Shown here in pieces: positions 24,090-32,578 of a stretch of DNA of 32,939 nucleotides. The notes below the pieces were generated by a model. The model did not search any database. It worked only from the letters and a program-made list of their open reading frames with translations, and had not been told where the DNA came from. The position numbers were made by a program, and so were the translations under genes. The stretch is taken from positions 1-32,939 of the forward strand of contig DASZGG010000244.1 of assembly GCA_035939025.1 (NCBI GenBank), in the 5' to 3' direction. How positions within the stretch are numbered: the first letter of the stretch is position 1; each line of letters opens with the position of its first letter. Origin of the DNA: Chthoniobacterales bacterium. GTDB taxonomy: Bacteria; Verrucomicrobiota; Verrucomicrobiia; Chthoniobacterales; JAFAMB01.

Positions 24090-24563
24090 GTGCGCTTCCG
24101 TTTGAATTTTCTCCGCGAATCAGTATATACCCGTTCAGTGCCTGCTTTTCCGGTTTCAGAGAGAAAGGCGAGAGCTTTGCGCGAGCGGCTAAACGCCCTT
24201 CAATGTTCAGAAAAAGACCTTGAGGAGAGTTTCTTCCAGCGCTCCGGCGTCGAGTTACGGCATCGACCGACCGGGGTTCGGATCCGCTGCTCTGAGCAAC
24301 GTTGCCAAATCTTGAACAGGTTCCTCGCTCGCCGAATGTTGGCCGACGAACTCGAAGCGCGCCTCCAGAATAAGACTCGTCATGAGGTTAAAGCTGAGAG
24401 AATCAGGGAAGCAAAAGGTAAACTAAAGTGCCCGAGAATAACCGAGCGCCTCGACCAGTTCGCGTTGCGCCCGTTGGCTCGAGCCGGTCAACAGTCGGCG
24501 CCCAAGGAGCTCGGAAAATTGTTGGCCCAGCTCGAGTATCTTGGGACGGATAAAGCTCCTTAG
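24090..24563 (+). CDS. RF-1 (class I release factor / ArfB-like) domain protein lacking the GGQ loop
   Basis: ...SEKDLEESFFQRSG-VELRHRPTGVRIRCSEQRCQILNRFLARRML... matches the RF-1 domain on both sides of where GGQ should be. In-frame GTG 24138 (VPAFPVSERK...) is a plausible alternative start. Confidence 0.65.
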   Translation: MRFRLNFLRESVYTRSVPAFPVSERKARALRERLNALQCSEKDLEESFFQRSGVELRHRPTGVRIRCSEQRCQILNRFLARRMLADELEARLQNKTRHEVKAERIREAKGKLKCPRITERLDQFALRPLARAGQQSAPKELGKLLAQLEYLGTDKAP

Positions 24564-24608
24564 CCTGCATCGGTCACAAATCCTGAGAGATTTGTGACCG
24601 ATGCAGGC
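24563..24608. repeat. Palindromic hairpin element, copy 2 of 2 (20-nt perfect arms, loop CTGAGA)
   Basis: It reads GCCTGCATCGGTCACAAATC-CTGAGA-GATTTGTGACCGATGCAGGC and starts on the last base of the upstream TAG stop codon. Confidence 0.9.
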
Positions 24609-24612
24609 GGTG

Positions 24613-24655
24613 GCAGCAGAATTCTTCGGCTGCGCCGAAAAATTCTACTGCTTTT
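24613..24655 (+). terminator. Putative intrinsic terminator (18-bp stem with 2 mismatches, then TTTT)
   Basis: It reads GCAGCAGAATTCTTCGGC-TGC-GCCGAAAAATTCTACTGC followed by TTTTGGG. It lies between convergent genes, directly after the palindromic element. Confidence 0.55.
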
Positions 24656-24748
24656 GGGAGCGAAGAGTTTAAAACGCTTGCCTTTGCCTCAAACGACGTT
24701 CCCCAATCAAAAGCTGGAGACTTCGCTTACGGCTGAGGTGCGGCCTCG

Positions 24749-25084
24749 CTAAATCATAGCGCTTTTCAGGGTCTGTGCCTGTTTAAGGGCTGGTGAGAGC
24801 TTTGAGACTTTCTGTCGCATCACCTTGCCAGACTTGAACTTCACGGTAGCTCGAGGCGGGATCTTAAAGTTGCTCCCGGGTTGATTGGGATTCCGGCCAA
24901 CCCGTTCCTTAGTCAGTCGAACCTCAAATATCCCAAAATTCCGTAACTCAACGTCATCTCCACGCGCCAAGCTATCAGTGATCAAATCGAGTGTTCTCTG
25001 GACTACTTCGAACACTTGATGTTGCACGAGGCCGGTCTCGTTACTGATCTTTACAACAATATCCCGTTTTGTCAGGTTAGCCAT
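24749..25084 (-). CDS. HU/IHF-family DNA-binding protein
   Basis: It reads MANLTKRDIVVKISNETGL...VELRNFGIFEVRLTKERVGRNPNQPGSNFKIPPRATVKFKSGK, with the characteristic beta-arm RNP...P motif. AAAGGAG lies 5 nt upstream of ATG 25084. The longer track ORF start is not supported. Confidence 0.9.
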   Translation of the reverse strand: MANLTKRDIVVKISNETGLVQHQVFEVVQRTLDLITDSLARGDDVELRNFGIFEVRLTKERVGRNPNQPGSNFKIPPRATVKFKSGKVMRQKVSKLSPALKQAQTLKSAMI

Positions 25085-25236
25085 CAAGACTCCTTTCAAA
25101 ATGTCCGGATTTTTATGGCACTCACGGTGGCCTATTTCCGCCAGCAACGGTGCAGCAAAAGTCCGACGCTGAGAGTTTTCCGAACTATCGACGAGAATGC
25201 AAATGAGGCAAGGACTTAGTGGACCATATTGTTCCA

Positions 25237-26166
25237 TTACGTCGTTGTCTCATTTGCATTCTCACCGAGCACTTCAGCCGAGGTCCTGAAGTGCATCTTC
25301 GCAATAGTGCGCAAAGCCTCGCGGCCAACTTTTTCGATGACGGCCCGGGCGGCGGATTTGACCGCCCCTGAAACCCCTTTCGGAAGGATAATTCCCAGTT
25401 GTTCGCCGCGCGTATCCAACCACCGGACAAATTTGTCTCGGGCTAGAATTGACGCAGCCGCGACGGCGACATCCGATTCTGCTTTGGTGCGTTGATCGAT
25501 CTGGATTTGCCTTCCTTGTTTCAAAAGCGCGTTTCGGATCACTCTTTCGTTAGCGAACTTATCGGAAAGCGACCTATTGCAGTCCGGTCTTTGCATCAGG
25601 AGATTCTCTATTACGCGGGCGTGTCCCCAGGCTAACAGATCATTGAGGTTCGCGAGTTTTTCGTAGAGCGAATTGTATTTCTCGGGTCCGATAAGGACGA
25701 CATTGGCGGCCAAACCAGAGGTTCTGAGAATTCCATCTGCGAGCTGTCGAATTCTTTTATCCGAGCCGATTCTCTTGCTGTCCATTACTCCGAGAGAAAG
25801 CAGGTGGCGCGCGATCTCGCGTTCCACATAAACGCCGGCGATGACAAGTGGGCCGAAGAAATCCCCTTTCCCACTCTCGTCGATGCCGAAATGCGGTTCG
25901 AACATCTCCGGTTGTAACACTTCCTCATACCCGATTCGAGCCTCCTTCAGGATTTCCGGCTCGAGATAAAACCGGACAAATTCTTCTGTGTCTTTCCCTT
26001 GAATGACTACTTTTGGGCCCTTTTCGTAGACGGCGATCGATAGTTTTGCTTTTTGCGCAAAGAAGATCGTGTAAGGTCGAACGACGAACTCGAAGCCTTG
26101 GTCTTGCAAGAGAATTCTGAGGGCTTCTGCTTGCAAAGGCGTGATGGCTATCGTGTAGGAGTTCAC
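25237..26166 (-). CDS. rnhC: Ribonuclease HIII
   Basis: It contains the GIDESGKGDFFGPLVIAGV catalytic motif. An N-terminal TBP-like domain (NSYTIAITPLQAEALRILLQDQGFEF...KVVIQGKDT) aligns from residue 1 of remembered Chlamydia and Bacillus RNase HIII. Start is assigned to in-frame GTG 26166. The 111 upstream codons of the track ORF run antisense through mutY. Confidence 0.8.
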   Translation of the reverse strand: MNSYTIAITPLQAEALRILLQDQGFEFVVRPYTIFFAQKAKLSIAVYEKGPKVVIQGKDTEEFVRFYLEPEILKEARIGYEEVLQPEMFEPHFGIDESGKGDFFGPLVIAGVYVEREIARHLLSLGVMDSKRIGSDKRIRQLADGILRTSGLAANVVLIGPEKYNSLYEKLANLNDLLAWGHARVIENLLMQRPDCNRSLSDKFANERVIRNALLKQGRQIQIDQRTKAESDVAVAAASILARDKFVRWLDTRGEQLGIILPKGVSGAVKSAARAVIEKVGREALRTIAKMHFRTSAEVLGENANETTT

Positions 26167-26178
26167 GGGTGCAAAAGG

Positions 26179-27210
26179 ATGGAACAGAATCTCGTTGAAA
26201 GCACGGAGTTTCGCACCGCGCTGGTCGACTGGTTTAAGCATCAAGGCCGCAAATTGCCGTGGCGCGAAACTGCGGATCCGTATGCGATCCTCGTCTCGGA
26301 GCTCATGCTCCAACAGACGCAGGTGAGAACGGTTCTGTCCTATTACCCGCGCTGGTTTGAGCGATTCCCGACGATCCGCGACTTGGCGAACGCCCGCGAA
26401 GCCGAAGTTCTTCACGCCTGGCAAGGGCTCGGATACTACAATCGGGCCCGGAATCTTCACAGGTGCGCGAAGATTATCGTGACCGAGTTGAACGGACACT
26501 TACCATCTTCGGTTGACGACTTGGTGAAGCTTCCAGGGATCGGACGATACACCGCAGGTGCGATCGTATGCTTTGCTTTCGACCAACCCGCCCCGATTGT
26601 GGATGGAAATATCGCACGAGCCGTGAGCCGGCTTTTAAACTTGCAGGAACCGGTGGATCAACCCCGCGGAAGTCGGATCATTTGGGATTCGGCGTTTCGA
26701 TACGTCCAGGGAAACAACAACCCGCGACTCTTGAATTCCGCGTTGATGGAGCTCGGAGCGATGATTTGTCTGCCCCGAAAACCGCTGTGTTTTCTCTGCC
26801 CGGTGCGGTCCTTTTGCCGAGCCCGGGATCCTGACTCTCTCCCGAAGAAAAGAGAGCGGCCAAGAATCGAGAGAAAAAATGAATTCCATTTTTTCGCGCT
26901 GAAGGATGGGAGCGTTTTATTGGAACAGAATCCGGGAAAGCGCTGGCAAGGCTTGTGGACTTTGCCGGCCCTCCCTCCAGATTTCGGATCGGCTCGATCC
27001 GCTGATGCGCGGATCGCTTTTCTAAGTTTGAGTTACCCGATCACGCGGTTCGTGGTTCGTCTGAATGTTTTTCTGAGCGACCCGCCGGCTACGCTTCTCG
27101 ACGGGCAGGCGTGGCATCGATTGGAGTTGCTCGACTGTCTCCCGATGCCGTCGCCACACCGCCGCGCAGTTCAAATGGCGCTGCAAAAGGGTGGGCTGAT
27201 TTCCTCTTGA
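26179..27210 (+). CDS. mutY: A/G-specific adenine DNA glycosylase
   Basis: From [30 protein letters not shown]..., it contains [16 protein letters not shown], a helix-hairpin-helix [12 protein letters not shown], the CxxxxxxCxxCxxxxxC cluster and a NUDIX-like C-terminal domain. The track start at 26053 lies inside rnhC. Confidence 0.9.
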   Translation: MEQNLVESTEFRTALVDWFKHQGRKLPWRETADPYAILVSELMLQQTQVRTVLSYYPRWFERFPTIRDLANAREAEVLHAWQGLGYYNRARNLHRCAKIIVTELNGHLPSSVDDLVKLPGIGRYTAGAIVCFAFDQPAPIVDGNIARAVSRLLNLQEPVDQPRGSRIIWDSAFRYVQGNNNPRLLNSALMELGAMICLPRKPLCFLCPVRSFCRARDPDSLPKKRERPRIERKNEFHFFALKDGSVLLEQNPGKRWQGLWTLPALPPDFGSARSADARIAFLSLSYPITRFVVRLNVFLSDPPATLLDGQAWHRLELLDCLPMPSPHRRAVQMALQKGGLISS

Positions 27211-27220
27211 TTCCCCCGGC

Positions 27221-28537
27221 ATGGAGCGGCGATGGTCCTCTGATCCTTCTATGAACGTTACAGTTGAGCTCAGTCAGATGCCAGATGTTCACGGCCACTT
27301 TGGACCGTACGGCGGCGTGTTCGTTCCGGAAACTTTAATGCCTGCGATTCAGGAGCTTACGGAAGAGTACGAACGGGCTCGCAGAGATCCAAAATTCAGG
27401 CTGGAGCTGGATGGCCTGCTGAGCTCGTTCTGTGGACGGCCGACGCCTCTCTACTATGCCGAGCGACTCAGCGAACGGCTCCGGGGGCCGCGAATTTATC
27501 TCAAGAGGGAGGACCTTTTGCACACGGGCGCTCACAAAATCAACAACGCAATGGGCCAGATTCTGCTCGCCAGGAGGATGGGCAAGACCCGGGTCATTGC
27601 AGAAACTGGAGCGGGCCAACATGGTGTCGCGACCGCGACGGTTGCAGCGCGATTTGGTTTTGAATGCGTGGTTTACATGGGGAAGGTCGATATGGAACGT
27701 CAGGCACTCAACGTCACGCGAATGGAATTCCTCGGGGCGAAAGTTGTTCCTGTCACGGCAGGCCAGGCGACTTTGAAAGAAGCGATCAACGAAGCCATGC
27801 GAGATTGGGTCACGAACGTTCGTTCGACACACTACCTGCTTGGAACTACTTATGGTCCTCATCCATACCCCATGATGGTTCGTGATTTGCATCGGGTCAT
27901 TGGGGATGAAGCGAGGCGACAGATCCTTGAGCAGGAAGAACGGTTGCCTGATCTGTTAGTGGCTTGCGTCGGAGGTGGAAGCAACGCGATCGGGTTGTTC
28001 TACCCGTTTCTGCGCGATGGCGGGGTCCGAATGGTCGGCGTGGAAGCCGGCGGACGAGGGATTCGTCCGGGCGAGCATGCGGCGCGTTTTCAGGCTGGTA
28101 AGCTTGGGATTTTCCAGGGGACCAAAACCTGGCTCCTCTCCGACGACGATGGACAGATTCAATTAACTCATTCTGTTTCCGCAGGCTTGGATTACGCCGC
28201 AGTTGGTCCTGAGCATAGTTATCTTCGCGATTTAGCTAGAGTAGAATATGACTATGCTACCGACGATGCGGTTCTCGAGGCATTTCTCGAGTTATCGAAG
28301 ACCGAAGGCATCATACCGGCGCTCGAGTCGACTCATGCCGTGGCCTATGTGATAAAACACGCACGGAAAATGCCTCGTGACCAAGTCGTGATCATCAACA
28401 TGTCTGGCCGCGGAGATAAGGACGTGCAACAAGTAGCCCAGTTTTTGGCTGCCCGAGGCGGGGTGGGAACTGTTGAGGTGCCGCGGGCAGTAGACTCAAC
28501 CGTCCTGGACGCGACTCCGACCGCTTTCCGTGATTGA
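27221..28537 (+). CDS. trpB: Tryptophan synthase beta chain
   Basis: It contains [31 protein letters not shown] (PLP Lys), [12 protein letters not shown] and GGGSNAIG. The start is ambiguous, with in-frame ATGs at 27221, 27251 and 27278. There is no adjacent trpA. Confidence 0.9.
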   Translation: MERRWSSDPSMNVTVELSQMPDVHGHFGPYGGVFVPETLMPAIQELTEEYERARRDPKFRLELDGLLSSFCGRPTPLYYAERLSERLRGPRIYLKREDLLHTGAHKINNAMGQILLARRMGKTRVIAETGAGQHGVATATVAARFGFECVVYMGKVDMERQALNVTRMEFLGAKVVPVTAGQATLKEAINEAMRDWVTNVRSTHYLLGTTYGPHPYPMMVRDLHRVIGDEARRQILEQEERLPDLLVACVGGGSNAIGLFYPFLRDGGVRMVGVEAGGRGIRPGEHAARFQAGKLGIFQGTKTWLLSDDDGQIQLTHSVSAGLDYAAVGPEHSYLRDLARVEYDYATDDAVLEAFLELSKTEGIIPALESTHAVAYVIKHARKMPRDQVVIINMSGRGDKDVQQVAQFLAARGGVGTVEVPRAVDSTVLDATPTAFRD

Positions 28538-29144
28538 GATTCCAACAGAAGTTCCAGTGATGGCGTTGTCGAATGCGGTGCTCTTTCCACATTCATTGTT
28601 GCCGCTGCACATCTTTGAGCCACGCTATCGCGATCTGCTGGCGCATAGCCTGGACGGGGACCGGATGTTTTCGGTTGCACTGATGAAAAGGGGAATCGAT
28701 GAGGCCGCCGAAATCGATGACCTTTGCCCGGTTGCCGGAGTGGGACTGATTCGTGCCTGCGTCGGAAACGAGAACGGCACCTCCAACCTTGTGCTTCAGG
28801 GTTTAGCACGTGTCCGCCTAGTCGACTGGGCGCAGGAAAAGTCGTTTCGGGTAGCGAGCATCGAGCTCGTTAAATCGATTCCCGGGAACGTCGTAGAGGC
28901 TGACGCGTTGAGTGCGAAGGTGAAAGAGTTTTGTGCACGGATCGAACAAATCGGCGTCCCGCTTCCTCCAAATCTCATGGATCATTTGAGGCAGATTGAT
29001 TCTCCCGAAATACTCTCTGATGTTGTGGCGGCAGCCTTTGTGGGCGAGCCATTCCAGCGGCAAAAGCTCCTCGAAGCATACGAAGTTTGCGAGCGTCTGC
29101 GACTGTTGATCCAGTTTTTGCGAAGTCAAGTGCGGGGAAACTGA
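28530..29144 (+). CDS. LON N-terminal (substrate-binding) domain protein
   Basis: [30 protein letters not shown]... is typical of stand-alone Lon-N/PUA-like domain proteins. The GTG start at 28530 overlaps the trpB end by 8 nt. Confidence 0.75.
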   Translation: MIEIPTEVPVMALSNAVLFPHSLLPLHIFEPRYRDLLAHSLDGDRMFSVALMKRGIDEAAEIDDLCPVAGVGLIRACVGNENGTSNLVLQGLARVRLVDWAQEKSFRVASIELVKSIPGNVVEADALSAKVKEFCARIEQIGVPLPPNLMDHLRQIDSPEILSDVVAAAFVGEPFQRQKLLEAYEVCERLRLLIQFLRSQVRGN

Positions 29145-29231
29145 CGGCAAGGAGGTGCTCCCGCGCGTCCCCACCCTTATTTCGATTGTCAATCGAACAT
29201 GAATGAATTAATGCTCATGCATTAATTTTCT

Positions 29232-29624
29232 ATGATTCGTCACCTCATTCTCCTGGCTCCGGCCGCTCTTTGTGTGGCGTTAGTATCCTGTCAAACAACT
29301 GGTGGACCAAAAACAGCCGGTGCGGGGAATCGCTATGGCTATGGTGCAGTTCCAAGCCCAAGACCGTCCCCGGTGAGCGCAATGCCCAAGGGCACGCCAG
29401 AGGCAGCTCCGGAGGAATCTCCCCCGCCGGAAGCATTCCCTACGCCGTCTCCGACTCCGGCTGCACAGCCTGAAAATTATCCCGTCGCGACGAAGGTCCC
29501 TGGTAAACCCGGCCGCGTAATCAGTCCCTACGCACCAAATGCTGGTGAAGTCGACGTGGAAGGATATCCTCCGGGTGCGGAGGTGAAGGATCCGTACACG
29601 GGAAAAATCTTTCTCGTGCCTTAA
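29232..29624 (+). CDS. Proline-rich lipoprotein of unknown function
   Basis: It has a signal peptide with a lipobox ([16 protein letters not shown]). A Pro-rich linker follows, then a C-terminal segment [48 protein letters not shown]. Confidence 0.65.
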   Translation: MIRHLILLAPAALCVALVSCQTTGGPKTAGAGNRYGYGAVPSPRPSPVSAMPKGTPEAAPEESPPPEAFPTPSPTPAAQPENYPVATKVPGKPGRVISPYAPNAGEVDVEGYPPGAEVKDPYTGKIFLVP

Positions 29625-29653
29625 TTTTTGGGGTTGAAAGAACTCAGTTTTAG

Positions 29654-29690
29654 CGGGACGCGCGATTGAGCGCGTCCCGTTTTTGCTTTT
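29654..29690 (+). terminator. Intrinsic terminator-like hairpin (10-bp GC-rich stem, 6-nt loop, T-run)
   Basis: It reads CGGGACGCGC-GATTGA-GCGCGTCCCG followed by TTTTTGCTTTT. It starts 30 nt after the lipoprotein stop and ends 6 nt before the tyrA ATG. Confidence 0.75.
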
Positions 29691-29696
29691 GGAACT

Positions 29697-30542
29697 ATGG
29701 AAGCGCGCAGTGTGGGAATTGTGGGTGTCGGTCTGATCGGTGGCTCGATTGGGCTCGCCGCATTGCGTGCCGGCTATCGCGTTTATCTCTACGATTGTTT
29801 GGCCTCCGAAAAGTTGGCCGGGTCGAAGTTTCGGCCGGCCGTAATTGTGGCCGATCTTGAAGAGCTCGCTTTGCGCAGTCGGCTAGTTATTCTAGCAACT
29901 CCGATTGCTGCGCTCGCGAAAATTGGTGCGGTCTTGGGAGAGCTGGTGGTCGCAGGCCAGGTGGTTTCGGATGTGGCGAGCGTCAAAGAACCGGTGGCGA
30001 AAGCTCTCGCGAAGGCCTTACGAAACCGTTGTGACTACGTGCCTGCGCACCCGATGGCTGGATCGGAAAAATCCGGTGCAGAGGCTGCGCGCGCCGATTT
30101 ATTCGTCGGCGCGGTGACTCTGGTCTGCCCAGAGTTAGCCGGTGACACGGCCAGCGTACAACTGGTAAAGGGTTTTTGGGAAGAGTTAGGCACGCGAGTC
30201 GTTCTGGCGAGTGTTGCGGCGCATGACCAGATGGTTGCTGCAATGAGTCATCTCCCCCATCTGATTGCTGCTCTGCTGGTCAGACACGTCGCGGCAACAA
30301 ATAGCGCTGCACTCGAGCTGTGCGGACCAGGGTTCCGTGATTCGACACGAATAGCGTCAGGCGCGCCCGAACTCTGGGCCGATATCCTGTTATCGAATTC
30401 CGATGCAGTCAAACAGCAACTCCTGGCGTTCAAAGACCTGCTGGAAGAAGCCTTCACTCTGTTGAGTGAAAAAGACGCTAAAAAATTGCAAGCTTTGCTC
30501 GACGACGCGAAGCAGAATCGCGATAGGTTATCGCCAGAATAG
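29697..30542 (+). CDS. tyrA: Prephenate (or arogenate) dehydrogenase
   Basis: It contains VGIVGVGLIGGSIGLA (Rossmann), DVASVK, AHPMAGSEKSG and SHLPHLIAA. Confidence 0.9.
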   Translation: MEARSVGIVGVGLIGGSIGLAALRAGYRVYLYDCLASEKLAGSKFRPAVIVADLEELALRSRLVILATPIAALAKIGAVLGELVVAGQVVSDVASVKEPVAKALAKALRNRCDYVPAHPMAGSEKSGAEAARADLFVGAVTLVCPELAGDTASVQLVKGFWEELGTRVVLASVAAHDQMVAAMSHLPHLIAALLVRHVAATNSAALELCGPGFRDSTRIASGAPELWADILLSNSDAVKQQLLAFKDLLEEAFTLLSEKDAKKLQALLDDAKQNRDRLSPE

Positions 30543-30545
30543 TTT

Positions 30546-31901
30546 ATGTCCGAATTACTGGTTTTCAGGGCGCCTCGGATCGAGGCAGAAATTCGAGTTC
30601 CAGGTGATAAGAGCATGTCACATCGCGCAGTGCTGCTCTCGGCCATTTCCAATGGTACTTGCGTCATTCGTGGTTTCCTGCCGAGTGAGGATTGTCAGCG
30701 CACGGTCAACGCGATGCGAGAGTTTGGGATCGCAATAGATCAGCCGGAAGAAACGACGTTGGTGGTCCACGGACAGCGTGGAAGCCTTCATCCCCCTAAA
30801 CACCCTATCGATTGCGGTAATTCAGGAACATTGATGCGGTTACTCTCCGGTCTAGCTGCTACGCAACCTTTTGAAACGAAGTTGATCGGTGATGCCTCGC
30901 TCTCTTCCAGGCCTATGCGGCGAGTTATCGAACCGCTCAGCCTGATGGGCGCTACGATCAGAGCGACGGAGCCGAAAGGCACGGCCCCTTTGGTAATTCG
31001 CGGCGGTCAATTACGCCCAATTCAGTATGAGATGCCGGTCGCCAGTGCTCAGGTGAAAAGCGCTATATTGTTCGCATCGCTCAAAGCGTCGGGAAAGACC
31101 GTCGTCGTTGAGCCCTTTGCGACGCGCGATCATACCGAGAGAATGATGTCATATTTTCTCGTCCGATCGCAACGTCAGAAGGTGGGTCAGGGTTTCGCTA
31201 TCTCTTTGTACGGTGGCCAGATTCCTGAGTCGAGAGACTTCGCGGTACCCGGCGACATCTCGAGTGCTGCATTTTGGCTGGTGGCTGCAGCCGCACAGGA
31301 AGATTCCAATCTTTTGGTCCGCGACGTAGGTCTAAACCAAACCAGGACCGGGATACTGTCGGTGCTTCTGCGCATGGGAGCTAAAGTTCGAGAGGTGATC
31401 GAGGATTGCGATCAAGTGGAGCCGAGAGGCGAGGTGCAGATTCAGGGTGGGCGGCTTCGCGGAACCACTATCGGAGGGGACGAAGTGCCGAATGTCATCG
31501 ATGAGATCCCGATTCTCGCGGTAGCCGGCGCTCTGGCTCAAGGAAAGACGGTGATCCGCGACGCCAAAGAGTTGCGAGTGAAGGAAACTGATCGTCTTGC
31601 GGCTATTTCGACAAATCTGACTGCCATGGGAGTCGAGGTCATGGAACTGGAAGATGGACTGGAAATTTATGGCGGAAGCCCGCTCTTGGGAGCTCGGGTG
31701 AAAAGCTACGGCGACCATCGTATTGCAATGGCTTTCGCAATTGCCGGAATGTTCGCGGATAAGGAAACGGTAATAGAGGATACCGAATGTATCGCTACCT
31801 CTTATCCGGCGTTTGAGGAGCAGTTGCAGAGATTTTTGACGCCAGACGAGAATCCGCCTACGCCTGTGATCAACCCCGCTGAAGCTTTAGAGAAGAATTG
31901 A
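30546..31901 (+). CDS. aroA: 3-phosphoshikimate 1-carboxyvinyltransferase (EPSP synthase)
   Basis: It contains VPGDKSMSHRAVLL, CGNSGTLMRLL, LSSRPMRRV, ELRVKETDRL and GDHRIAMAF. Confidence 0.95.
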   Translation: MSELLVFRAPRIEAEIRVPGDKSMSHRAVLLSAISNGTCVIRGFLPSEDCQRTVNAMREFGIAIDQPEETTLVVHGQRGSLHPPKHPIDCGNSGTLMRLLSGLAATQPFETKLIGDASLSSRPMRRVIEPLSLMGATIRATEPKGTAPLVIRGGQLRPIQYEMPVASAQVKSAILFASLKASGKTVVVEPFATRDHTERMMSYFLVRSQRQKVGQGFAISLYGGQIPESRDFAVPGDISSAAFWLVAAAAQEDSNLLVRDVGLNQTRTGILSVLLRMGAKVREVIEDCDQVEPRGEVQIQGGRLRGTTIGGDEVPNVIDEIPILAVAGALAQGKTVIRDAKELRVKETDRLAAISTNLTAMGVEVMELEDGLEIYGGSPLLGARVKSYGDHRIAMAFAIAGMFADKETVIEDTECIATSYPAFEEQLQRFLTPDENPPTPVINPAEALEKN

Positions 31902-32578
31902 GCCCGGACATCGACTCCGAATTTTCGGTCGTTGCAATCGATGGACCTGCTGCTTCAGGGAAAAGCACAGTTGCTCGCAAGCTCGCCAGACGTCTTGGCT
32001 TCTCCTACGTAAATAGCGGAGCGCTCTATCGAGCGGTAGCCTGGTTGGCGAACGAGCACAAAATACCGCCCGACGATTGGTCCGCGGTTTGCGCTCAGGT
32101 GCGAAAGTCGGTTTTCAATTTTCATCTGCGCAACAAGGAGTTGTTTTTTTTGATCGACGGAAATAGCCCTCAGACGCATTTGCGCGAAGAACGGGTGAAT
32201 CGAACCGTCTCTGCTATTTCGGCGATAGCGGAGGTGCGCGAATTTCTTGTGGCTCATCTTCGGGAATTTTTAACCTTGGATAACCTGGTGATGGAAGGGC
32301 GCGACATAGGGTCCATCGTGTTTCCGGATACTCCCTATAAGTTTTATATCGATGCCTCGCTCGAAGTTCGCGCCCAACGGAGAGCGGCTCAGGGGCAACC
32401 CGATGATCTGTTTTTCCGGGACCGGGCCGATTCTTCGCGGCGCGCCTCTCCGCTCACCATCGCCGAGGACGCTCACGTGATCGATAGTTCGTCTTTGACG
32501 ATCGACGGTGTTGTGGGGGAAATCATCGGACGATTAAAAATTGAACGGCTCCCGGAAGCTTTACGCCTCGACCCATGA
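31898..32578 (+). CDS. cmk: Cytidylate kinase
   Basis: It contains VVAIDGPAASGKSTVARKLA (P-loop), SGALYRAV and GRDIGSIVFPD. The only in-frame start is TTG 31898, which overlaps the aroA stop (TTGA). Confidence 0.9.
   Translation: MSPDIDSEFSVVAIDGPAASGKSTVARKLARRLGFSYVNSGALYRAVAWLANEHKIPPDDWSAVCAQVRKSVFNFHLRNKELFFLIDGNSPQTHLREERVNRTVSAISAIAEVREFLVAHLREFLTLDNLVMEGRDIGSIVFPDTPYKFYIDASLEVRAQRRAAQGQPDDLFFRDRADSSRRASPLTIAEDAHVIDSSSLTIDGVVGEIIGRLKIERLPEALRLDP

Noticed and set aside
24072-24110. GAATTCTC GGCTTCTT GAGTGCGCTT ... GAATTTTC, which resembles the degenerate octamer arm of element D (shared GGCTTCTTGA and CTTGAGTGC).
   Set aside because: The matches are only 9-10 nt each and need an internal deletion to align. 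There is no inverted partner arm, and the region lies in a divergent promoter region. I cannot distinguish it from chance without a genome-wide census.
29181-29227. Two small palindromes upstream of the lipoprotein gene (TTCGATT-GTC-AATCGAA and AATTAATGC-TCAT-GCATTAATT), considered as operators.
   Set aside because: Inverted repeats of 7-9 bp with short spacers are expected about once by chance in this window. No second copy or known operator consensus was recognised.
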